A program made the translations under genes and the position numbers. A stretch of 58,646 nt of DNA, the filler included, from Jimgerdemannia flammicorona (lineage: Eukaryota): NCBI GenBank assembly GCA_003990765.1. It is 2 parts of 2 records of this genome, joined end to end, with 100 filler letters (N's around TTAATTAATTAA, not from the genome) between each part and the next. Parts side by side here need not be neighbours in the genome. Positions count along the whole stretch, not along the records: positions 1 to 29,275 come from RBNJ01000508.1; 1 more part is not named here. One strand, given 5' to 3'. Below, piece after piece: positions 1 to 10,632 of this stretch (its first letter is position 1; the number at the start of each line of letters is the position of its first letter). Under the pieces are notes generated by a model that searched no databases, was not told where the DNA came from, and saw nothing but the letters and a program-made list of their open reading frames with translations.

Positions 1-116
1 TTTTGCGTAAACATCGTTAACAGTTTATTGGACGACGAGCTAATTCTAGTTTATTGTTTCAAGATCCATATGAGTGGATTGGCTGTAGTTTATTGTACAG
101 AATATAATTTATTACA

Positions 117-3100
117 TTATATTATGATAACAACCTTCTTGTTCTGTAACTTTGCAAGGAGGGCCTTGTCGCCGATCCCGTTTCCTGAGGAGGAGCGAGC
201 ACGCACAGATCGTGAGCCGCAAAACCATTGGTTCTTCCACCCCACCCCACCCCGGTTTGCGGACCCGCATAACATACCTCGGAGATCCAGCTGGGTCAAG
301 ATCGTGTTCTGCTTCAAAGAATCGGCAAGGGCGGCGGCCCCTTCGTCGCCGATTCTGTTCACTGGGGAGAAGGAATGAGCACTCACATATCGTGAGCCGG
401 ATGCCCCGTCAACCATTGGTTCCCTCACCCGACCCTCCCCCCGGTTTGTGGATCGGCATATATACCTTGGAGATCCAGCTGGATCAAGGTCGTGTTCCGC
501 TTTAGAGAATCGGCAAGTGCGGCGGCCCCCTTGTCGTTGATTCCGTTGTCTGAGGAGGAGAGGAGCGAGGACGCACAGATTGTGAAACGGATGTTCGCCG
601 CCAACCAATGGTTCCCCACCCACCCCTGGTTTGTGGTACGGTATGCATACCTCGGAGATTCAGCTGGGTCAAGGTTGTGTTCTGCTTCAGAGAGTCGGCA
701 AGGGCAGCGGCCCCCTCTTTGCCGATTCTGTTCCCTGATGATGAGGAAGAGCGAGCACGCACAGATCGTGAGCCGCCAACTATGGTTCGTCCACCCCACC
801 CTACGGCTTGCGGACCAGCATACATACATTCGAGATCCAGCTGAGTCAAGGTTGTGTTCTGCTTCAGAGAATCGGCAAGAGCGGTGGCTCCCTTGTCGCC
901 GATTCCGTTCCCTAAGGAGGAGGAGGAGGAGCACGCACATATCATGAGCTGCCAATCATTGGTCCCACACTTCACCCCCTCCCCCCGTTTGTGGACCGGC
1001 ATGACATACTTCGGAGACACAATTGGGTCAAGGTCGTGTTCTGCTTCAGAGAATCGGCAAGAGCGGCGGCTCCCTCGTGGCCGATTCCGTTAGCTGAGGA
1101 GGAAGACGCACAGGTGGTGAGCCACCGCTAATCATTTATTCCCCACCCTGGTTTGTGAGCCGGCATACATACATCGGAGATCCAGCTGAGTCAAGGTCGT
1201 GTTCTGCTTCAGAGAATCGGCAAGAGCTGCAGCCCCCTCGTGGCCGATTCCGTTGGCTGAGGGTGGGAAGGAGGAGCGAGCACGGCCAGGTCGTAAGCCG
1301 GATGCCCGCCACTAACCATTGGTCCTCCACTACACCCTCCTCCACGCATAAATACCTCGGAGATCCAGCTGGATTAAGGTTGTGTCTTGTTTCAAAAGAT
1401 TGGCAAGGATAGTGGCTCCCTCGTCTCCGATTCCTTTGGCTGAGGAAGAGGAGCGAGCACGCACAGATCGTAAGCCGGGTACCCACCGCCAACCTTTGGT
1501 TCCCCCGGTTACGGACCGACATACATACCTCGGAGATCCAGCTCGGTCAAGATCGTGAACTTCTTCAGAGAATCGGCAAAAGCGGCGGCCCCCTCGCCGC
1601 CGGTTCCTTTCCCTGAAGAGGAGAACGAGTAGGCATTGATTGTGAGCCGAATACCCGCCGCCAATCATTGGTTCTCCCACTCCACTCCCACCTCAGGTTT
1701 GTGGACCGGCATACATACATCGGAGATCCAGCTGGGTCAAGGCCGTGTTCTGCTTCAGAGAATCTGCAAGGGCGGCGGTCCCCTCGTCGCTAATTCCATT
1801 CTCTGATGGTGATAAAGAGGAGCACGCACAAATCGTGAGTCGGATGGCCCCCGCCAACCATTGGTTTCCCCCTCGGTTTGTGGACAGGCATACATACCTC
1901 GGAGATCCAGCTGGGTCAAGGTCGAGTTCCGTTTTAGAGAATCAGCAAGAGCGGCAGCCCCCTCGTCGCCGATTCTATTCACTAAGGAGGAAGAGCGAGC
2001 ACAACAGATTGTGAGCCGGATGCCCGCCTTCAACAATTAGTTCTCCCACCTTCCCGCTGTTTGTGGACTGGCATACATACATCGGAGATCCAGCTTGGTT
2101 AAGGTCGTGTTCTGCTTCAGAGAATCGGCAAGGGCGGCGACCCCTTCATCGCCGATTCTGTTATCTGAGGAGCGCGCACAGATCGTGAGCCGGATGTTCG
2201 CCGCCAACCATTGGTTCCCCCATCCCCCGGTCTGTGGACCGTGATACATACCTCGTAGATCCAGCTGGATCAAAGCCGTGTTCTTCTTCAGGGAATCGGC
2301 AAGGGCGGCGGTACCCTCATTGCCGATTCTGTTCACTGAGGAGGCGGAGGAGGAGCAAGCACGCAGAGATCGTGAGTCGCCAACCTTTGGTTCCCCATCC
2401 TATCTCCCTTTGTGGATCAACATACATACATCGGAGAGCCAACTCTGTCAAGGTCGTGTTCTGCTTCAGAGAATCGGCAAGGGCGGCGGCCCCCTCGTCG
2501 CCTATTCCATTCCCTGATGAGAAAGAGAAGCGAGTACACACAGATCGTGAGCCGAATGCCCGCCGCTAATTATTGGTTCTCCCACCTCACGGTTTTACAT
2601 ACATTCAAGATCCAGGTGGGTCAAGGTCGTGTTCTGCTTCAGAGAATCGGCAAAGGCGGCGACCCCCTTGTCGCCGATTCCGTTGGCTGAAGAGGAAAAA
2701 GAGGGAGCACGCACAGGTCGTGAGTCGGATGCCCACTGTCAATCATTGGTTCCACCATCCTCCCCCGATTTGTGGACCGGTATACACATACATTGGAGAT
2801 TCAGCTGGGTCAAAGTCGTGTTCTGTTTCAGAGAATCAGCAAGGGCGGCGGCTCCCTGTTCGCAGATTCTGTTCACTGAGGAAGAGGAGGAGGAGCACGA
2901 ACAGATCGTGAGCCGCCCGCAACCAATCATTGGTGCCCCCATCCCACCTTGAACCAGTACTCATACCTCGAAGATCCAGCTGGGTCAAAGTCGTGTTCTG
3001 CTTAAGAGAATTAGCAAGGGTGGTGGCCCCCTCGTCGCCGATTTCATTCCCTGAGGAGGAGGAGCCAGCACGCACAGATCGTGAGCCGGATGCCCGCCGC

Positions 3101-5549
3101 CAACCATTGGTCCGCCAACCATTGATCCCCCATCCCACCCTTCACCGATATACACACATTCGAGATTTAGCTGAGTCAGAGTTGTGTTTTGCTTCAGAGA
3201 ATCGGCTAGGGCGACCATCCCTTTGTCGCCAATGCTGTTTTCTGAGGAGAAAGGACAGATTATGAACCGGATGCTCGCCGCCAACGATTGGTTCCCCCAC
3301 TCCACCCGGTTGTGAACCAACATACATACGTCGGAGATCCAACTGAGTCAAGGTCGTGTTCTGCTTCAGGGAATTAGCAAGGGCAACGGCCCCCTCGAAG
3401 CCGATTCTGTTCACTGAGAAGGAGCGAGCACGCACAGATCGTGGGTTGGATGCCCATTGGTTTTCGCACCCCATCTTCCCCTGGTGTGTGGACCGGCATA
3501 CATACCACCGAGATCCAGCTGTGTCAAGGTCGTGTTCAGCTTCAGAGACTCGGCTATGGTGCGGGCCAACAAAAGGCCGATTCCGTTATCTGAAAGGCAG
3601 ATTATGAGCTTAATGTCATCATGAGGTTTCTAATAACAATAGAAAATATTTGACATACTTCTGAGATTGAGCTTGGTCAGATTTGCGTTTTTCTTCAAAA
3701 AATCAGCTAGAATGCTTGTCGCTTTATCATTGATGCCTTTACCTTTACAAAGACCCAAGGAGGAAGAGGAAAAATTTAAGTACTTGGCTTTATGGCATAG
3801 CTGTAATAGATGATAATTCATTTCTCACGTACTTTCGAGATTCGCGTCAGTTAAGGTCACGCTCTGCAAAAGAAGCGCTTCCAGGGTGCGGACCCCTTCG
3901 TCGTTTGCTGAAAAAAAAAAAAAAAAATACGCCATTAGTATTTATGTTCTAATTGTCCATGGAAATGCTTTTGCTCAATGGTCAATGCAGTGCGGATATA
4001 CCTCTGAAATTTAGGTCGGCCAAGGTCGTATTTTGCTTCAAACAGTCGACCAAAGGGTGAGGCTCGTCAGGGCCAATGCTTTTCCCTAAATGTAAATGTT
4101 GACAAGTGCAAACTGAAATTATTGCTTTTGCTGAGATCATGACCTTAAGAATCAAATAACAAAAGAACATAAGTGTTCTACATGTAATAGTAAGGCATGC
4201 AAAGTATGTAGGTCAATTTTTTGCTATATACCTCGATCCGACTGAGCCTCCAGAGTAATAAGTGCCGTTCTCGAGATGATTTGCGTAAGCTCTTTTTGAC
4301 TGTAGAACATGCTCCAGTGTAATAACTACTTGGCGAGGAATCTGTAAAGTTAAAACTGACGCTGCTGGTACTTGAGTTCGGCTCTTGCTGATGGGTGGTT
4401 CGTCGTGCGACGATGAAGGATTGGGTTTCTGGCGAGAACGGCAGCGGTGTGATGGCAAGCGCTCCTAGAATTTGGTCTTCGTTGCTTGACTGCGGTGTCG
4501 AAGAAATTCGTGCTAAATTTGCTGCACACTCAAGCAACCGATTGTAAACTTCACAAGCGCTCGGTCGTTGGTCGGGGTCAAGATTCCAGCAGCTCTGGAT
4601 GACACTGTTGAATGCCGTTGGCGCACCGGGGATCACCTCTTCACGCAGTCCATCAAATTTTCTGACGGCAAACGATGCGAGGTCTTGTGGCGTGACACCG
4701 ACGATCAACTGCCACAGCAGCGTTCCCAAGCAGTAGACATCCGACTTCTGCGTGTATTGTAACTTAAAGGATTCCGGCGGCAGGTACCTCAACCGACCAT
4801 AGACACCATGTTCGGAGTTGGCGTCATCTACAGCTCGGCTAATTCCAACATCGATCAAGAGCGTGGTGTACGACTTGTGAAACACTACGTTACCTGGGTG
4901 GAGATCTCCATGGGTAAAGCCCATTTCGTGGAGACTGGCCAGGCGGCTGGCAAGTTTTGTGGAGTATGTTAAGGCAGTGTACCAATCACCATCACAGTCG
5001 CATGGCCGATTCTCAAGAGTACCCATATCAGCAAATTGCATAATCATCAGGTAATGTCCCGTCGAAGGATGCAATGTCAAACCAATGGCTTCCATTGTTG
5101 GAGCATTGTTTCCACAGCGACTCAAATAAACGTTCAACACCAGCTGCATTGATTATGTAAATATACAACAGTTATACTAAGATGTCATGTTGTGTAGAAA
5201 TACAAAGTGAGGCTTACAGTCGGGATCTCACCTCTTCAACCATCGTCTCTTTTAACTCTTTGGCGGCCACACGATTCGCCGTTTTAAATACAAAAAATTT
5301 TGCCTCGAAAACTTTGGCAAATCCTCCTTGAGCGAGTTGCGTAAATCCTTCAAGGTTGCTGCTAGGAATCCAGGCAAGGTATGGCTCCAGTTGCGGTACT
5401 TTCAAGGAGTTAAGACAGGCACGCAGCTCTTTGTCATATTTTTTAAATGCATTCTTCCATGTTAAGATGGACACCTTCTGGATGCTGTCCAGCTGGTGGA
5501 AGGGCTTGATTAGGGATAGGAGGTGGTGGAGGTGGTTTGGAGCAGACAT
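117..5549 (-). CDS. Multi-exon protein kinase + RI-like (NLRC3/ribonuclease-inhibitor-type) LRR array gene. Exons: 5232-5549 (start uncertain), 4232-5143, then LRR exons 4002-4085, 3833-3907, 3659-3742, 3506-3589, 3330-3413, 3158-3241, 2967-3050, 2792-2875, 2603-2686, 2430-2513, 2252-2335, 2081-2164, 1898-1981, 1719-1802, 1529-1612, 1356-1439, 1173-1256, 1010-1093, 828-911, 651-734, 466-549, 278-361 and terminal exon 117-184
   Basis: Kinase motifs GGFAKVF, VAAKEL, HGDLHPGN, DVG, YLPPE, KSDVYCLG and CWNLDPDQRP. A phase-0 GT..AG intron (5144-5231) joins the two kinase ORFs. Every LRR exon is flanked by AG (mostly YAG) and GT (mostly GTATGT) and encodes xNxIGDEGAAALADSLKQNTTLTQLDLx. No stop codon arises at any junction when the exons are joined in order. 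The kinase-to-LRR frame is unresolved (see findings). Confidence 0.85.
185..3600 (-). repeat. Tandem array of ~165-190-bp exon+intron units
   Basis: The introns as well as the exons are mutually similar (plus-strand GAGCACGCACAGATCGTGAGCCG...CAACCATTGGTTCCCC...GTTTGTGGACCGGCATACATAC), showing that whole units were duplicated. Confidence 0.9.
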
Positions 5550-6786
5550 AGAGAAGGAGTGGACATATCTAAGAATTCGTGTCCTTGACTAATAAGTACA
5601 CCCCTTGTGATAAAGATCTTGCCAATTATATCACTGATAAATGACAGGGGTGTCCAGGTGCGACATAGGGTATTCCGGACCTAAATTGCTGAGACACACT
5701 AACAGAGCGACTTTGCACCGGCATACATCATAAAACTACATCTTGTGCATTAAATGTATGGCATGGATACACAAATGTACGATACCGGTTGAGGTTGTGT
5801 AATGTACAACCTCGGCATGATACGTTAGAGTGATGCTATATCGGGATGGAACTCGGTCTTTCCACTTGATACATCGGTAGCCTTCAGCAGCTTGATACGC
5901 CGAGCTTGGTGACTTGATACGATGATGCGCCGGAATAGGCCTCGACGATACGTTGATTTGCCGGAATATTATACGGTGATGCGCTGGTGGAACCTCGGCA
6001 CCTGTTTTAGGAATGCGGCGGGTGTTCGTTTTTTGAGACAGGAGCCAACACCAAAATTCACGGGCGACTGGGAAAAGGGCCGAAGTAGCCTGAGGTAGCA
6101 CGAAGGTTCTTGTCGACCGGAATATACTGTTAATCATCGGTTCTGCGGTTAATTACCGTTCTGCGGTTTATTGTTGCTCCATTAGCGTCGTTCCACATTT
6201 CACGAATAATCGCCGCTTTGCGGTTAGTCGTCGTCGCCGTTGTGCGGTTAATCGTCGTTGTCACTCTATAGTAAATCATCGTTCGTGGTGTTCAGAACGG
6301 CGATATCATATTTACGAATTTCGCAAATCATATTTGTCCGATTGATCTGAACAATTCCCAAATAATCTTACGAGTAATCAGTATCGGATGCTTGTATTCA
6401 TTACACAGCCACACACAAGTAGGACAATAATAGCATAAGCGTATTTGCACATCATTTTTGGGCTGGTAGGGATGGACAAACTAGTTATCTGCGTGTGGGG
6501 TTGGTAACAGTATGCACTGCCGATCCATCTGAAATGTGCTAGACCACAATAGTAGATACCCTGAAGTAGATGAACTGAAAGTTAAGGTAGCTGCTGAGTG
6601 TAATAACACTTATTTCAACCCCTCTTGTATCCTTGGATAACTTGGGTAATAAGGTATTACTTAGGGACTTGACACACATATGTATGTCTCAAGAAGTTTT
6701 TCAATTGTTCTTTTACTTAGTAGTATTTACTAAGATTTGAGGAAGTACTGTTTTTTTGTAGCAGAATAAAGATGTTGCTCTTCTTT

Positions 6787-6818
6787 TTTTTTTTTTTTTT
6801 TTTTTTTTTAATGGACTC
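6787..6818 (-). mobile_element. Ultra-short retroposed insertion (9 nt + polyA) with a 17-bp target-site duplication
   Basis: AGATGTTGCTCTTCTTT at 6770-6786 and 6819-6835 flanks T23-AATGGACTC. Confidence 0.8.
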
Positions 6819-7649
6819 AGATGTTGCTCTTCTTTGATAATCATAGTTACAAGAGACTTGTTCTTGTTGTGCATAGACTGAATCTCTTATGATTCAGATT
6901 TAAAGAGGGTTTCTTTTTAATTTATATATATATCAGTTCTTAGTTCTGATAGAAGTTAGCTAGGCTTCTGAAGTTTAGTCAGAAATACTAGAGTAACTTA
7001 GGATTCATTACTAAGGAACTCAAAAGAGTGTGTATAGAGAGAAATTTGTACTTGACTAAGAGCTGATTTTTTTTTGAAATATAATTATTAAGGTATTTAT
7101 ATATTGGCTAAGTAATATTTTATAGTTTTCTGACTATTTGTTGTTATGTAGTAGTCACTGAGTCCTTCAAATATATCAGATTCTCTCCAAGGTGTATCTC
7201 TTAGACTAACTACAAGTTTGTTATAAGCAAGTTCTTATTGGAGTGCCTTTCTAAGGTCTTATATTCCTCAAACTTCTTATCTTTAAACTGTCTTGTTATC
7301 TCTTAAATTGCTTGTGTAGAATTGAGAGTAAGTGAACTTGACTGACTTTATTTCAAAGGAAATAAGAGAAGTGTTTATACAAAATATAATTCAATAGTTG
7401 CTAAGTTATAAAGCTAAATATAAATTTCAATAATCAAATAAAATACTGAAATACAGAAAACTATGGTTGTAAGTATAAGTTCAAGTGTCTGTACAAATAG
7501 TTATATAAGTTCAGGATATCAATAGAATTTTGGTGATATAGAAAAAGGATACCAGAAGAATTTCTGAGTTATGCAAGATCAGAATACTAGAAGAATAATA
7601 GTTATATAGAAAAAAGATACTGGTAGAATCTGATATTACCAAGAACTTA

Positions 7650-8470
7650 AAGCAGAATATTCAGAACCATGAGGGCTTCATCTTCATTACTATCATTAAG
7701 ACCAGATATCAGAGATAGGATGTCTTCAAAGGAGATGAGGTCTGTGAACATTTCATCTATTTCATATATATTATATGTTTTGCATACTTCATGCATATCA
7801 TACAGAATGATATCATCATCAATGACATTATTATGTTTAGTGGCAGAGAGAACAAGGAGATCTGAGGCTCTCCAATCTATAACATTCTCTTCTATAAAAT
7901 AAGAAACAAATGTGGGGTCTTAGAGAGATCTAATCTGAATGTTGGAGCCTTGAAATTCTAAGATTAATTGTTACAAGAATTGATCAGAATTGTCCTTGAG
8001 AATGGGATTCTAGAACTCTCTTATCTTATCACTATTGAAGATGATAGTAGACTGGGCTTCTGTGGCCATAATGGTCTCTAGTATATTGGTATGGCAGGCT
8101 GACAGTTTCTTAAAGTTTGAGATCCTAGTATACTCTAAGTTGGGGATTGACCACAGTACATATCTGAAGACCTGATGAATCTTCTTAGCTATTCTTATTT
8201 CATATATATCTATGGGAGTAATATCTTGTATTTCTTAGTAACTGGCCTGAGAGAATTCCTGATAGAGAAGGTTTCCTAATTCATACTTCTGTCACATCCA
8301 GAGATATTTGGTAGCAATGGTGATCCTTATTTCCATTTTGTAGCAATAGAGAATATAATGATAGGGGTCACCAATACCCAGGTCAAGACTAAGAGTCCTT
8401 CTTATATAGATCCTCATAGCTCTTCTGATGTCTTAAAATATCCTTTTCTGGACTGAGAGATCTTGGTGGT
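7650..8470 (-). pseudogene. Decayed accessory ORF downstream of the host Gypsy integrase, homologous to the solo-LTR ORF
   Basis: Manual translation of 8100-8288 gives KYELGNLL...DITPIDIYEIRIAKKIHQVFRYVLWSIPNLEYTRISNFKKLS, followed by an acidic stretch (7650-7900). The 42-residue core aligns without gaps to the 11321-12418 ORF. Confidence 0.65.
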
Positions 8471-9352
8471 TCCTGGACCTTGAGATTTGGTAAGTAGTAG
8501 GTATTTTGTTTATAGTAAGTCTTCAAAACTATTTCTGTGAGCTTTATTTGAATTTCTGCTACTACAGTTTCTTAATTCTTCTTTTATATTTCTTAAGATG
8601 TCTGTCTTGTGATCACAATGACTTACAGTTAGTCATCATTACTCATCTTATAGCCTGGATGAGTCATACTATATGATCTTCTTTACTCTGATCTAGTAGC
8701 TTGTAAGAAAAGACTATCTCCTATACTGATGTCATTATTCTAAGATTATCATTATATCTTCCTTCTGAATAAGGATCTTCCCTTGAACATTTTTATTCAT
8801 TGGTCTAGTTCTGAAAAATTTGCTGATCCCATAACCTCTGGTAGAGGGTTGAAAAGTGGTATTTATGGGCTGATATCTTCTCTATATATTTTGGCATGAT
8901 AGTGAAGGGTCACTCCCTTTATATAGAGCAAGGACCTGATTCTGATCTTGATCAATCAATCAGTTGATGGTTTGAACTTCTCTAACTTTAAAAGTCTCAT
9001 AAATGAGTAGTTATTAGTATTATATCCTTTAGAGAATGGTTCAAATAGATTGCCTGCTAGTTATAGGATATGCTATTATGATTTGTAAACTAAAATCTTG
9101 CAGGTGGTCATTATGTTTTACTTTTCTTGTATAGATTCATGGTACTTTTTGAGTCTGTTTCTGTGTACTATAGTAAGCAGTATAGTTCCTGAGAGTTTTC
9201 TAAGTCAGAAGGTAGTTCTCTTATTATCTTATATATAGAAGAGTTCTTCCCATTTGGGCTTTAGTTTTCATGACTATGAGGCTTCTACTATATTTTAATA
9301 TAGTAGGACCTTTTCTCTGATTTGGATGGGTTCTAGAGTCTTGTAATTCTTT

Positions 9353-9360
<8 letters not shown>

Positions 9361-9384
<24 letters not shown>

Positions 9385-9939
9385 ATAGTTACTTGGACTT
9401 CTCTTTATTATCACTCAATCTAAAAATAATAATACATTTGTACCCACAACCCCTCAACCAATACTCTTCAGATCTCCTTCTCTACTCTTTATCTCTCTCT
9501 GCTGGAGTATAATCCAGCTGTCCACTATCTGTACCCTCCCTTCACTTTTCTTATAAATACAATTCACTAGACTCTGTCAGCCTCCCCTCACCTGGTCCCC
9601 ACCCTCTCTACCAGCCATTCAAAATGTCAAGTATTAACTATTCCCACTATACTACCTTAGCCCCAACCTCAATCTGCTGGCTCTTCTCAAAGACATGTAA
9701 TCAATGTCTAGCCAGCCCAACCCAAATTGCTAGAGCCTATCTCAAAGTCAACTATTCATCTCCAACCCTGCTCACTAACCTTCAGCAGAGGTCCCTCCAT
9801 CTCTTCCCTTCCCCCCCCATCAGGGCCTATAGTCCTAACCAGTTTGTAATATGGTGTCAAAACTCCCCCAAGACTTCACACTCTCTAAGCTAATGTTCAG
9901 GTATTTGTACTACTCCCCTCTTCTGGCCAATGTCCATGC
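9361..9939 (-). mobile_element. 5'-truncated L1/Tx1-type LINE copy with polyA tail, inserted in the Gypsy integrase C-terminus
   Basis: PolyT at 9359-9384. The minus strand matches the 3' part of the 16908-22503 LINE (TACAAATACCTGAACATTAGCTTAGAGAGTGTGAAGT vs TACAGACGCCTGAACATTGGCTAGGAGAGTGTGAGGT). A 15-bp TSD ATTCTTTTYTGYATT lies at 9346-9360 and 9940-9954. Confidence 0.85.
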
Positions 9940-10632
9940 ATTCTTTTCTGCATTCTTCCTTATCAGTGCTTATAACTTGATGATGTAATCTTTAGTCTTC
10001 TTTCTGATTTGGTATAGTCTCTGGATTTCTGAGTCAACTCATCTCTAAGTTAGATCTAGATTTGTGACTAAGGTTCTATTAGAATCTTCTTCTCTGAAGA
10101 GTAGTTCTCTTAGAGTAAAGTATGTACTCTATAATTATATATCTCATAGGACAGAGAGAGTAGTTAGGAGGTAGTTATTCCAATTATTATATATATCTGA
10201 GATCTTTACCAAGATATTCTTAAGGGTCTTATTAGTTCTCTCTGTCTGTCTATTTTCTTAAGAGTGATATACAGTAGTCTTGATATACTGAATCTTATAT
10301 TTCTGATATATTATTTCATGGAATCTATTGACAAATTCTATACTGTAGTCTATAGTGATTTGCTTTGATGTCTTGTAGTGGCAGATGATTTCTCAGTACA
10401 GGAAGTTAGCTATAGAGAGAGCATTGGCTTCTTGTAATGCTCCTGCTTCTATCTATTTAATAAAGAGGTCTATGATATGTAACTATGATACAGTAGTTTT
10501 CTAATAGTGTTACTGATAGTAGTCCAATAATATCTATTACAATGTGGTGGAAGAGGATAGGCTCAATTCTTGATGATCTGGGTGTCTGGTCTTACTGATC
10601 TTGTTTCTATTTTTAGCACTTGTCACACCTTT

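Noticed and set aside
28..3821. Many overlapping ORFs on both strands; resemblance to a CRISPR-like repeat-spacer array
   Set aside because: They are read-through or antisense frames of the 84-nt LRR exons and their introns. The repeats are coding exons with splice sites, and no cas genes are present.
5736..6300. 133-aa ORF and short TGCGGTTA-type repeats upstream of the kinase
   Set aside because: No recognisable domain or splice support; probably promoter or UTR sequence.
6530..7300. Candidate 3' LTR of the host Gypsy pairing with ~23600-23950
   Set aside because: Both regions have TATA-like boxes, but I could not align them or find TG..CA termini with a TSD, so no LTR pair is called.
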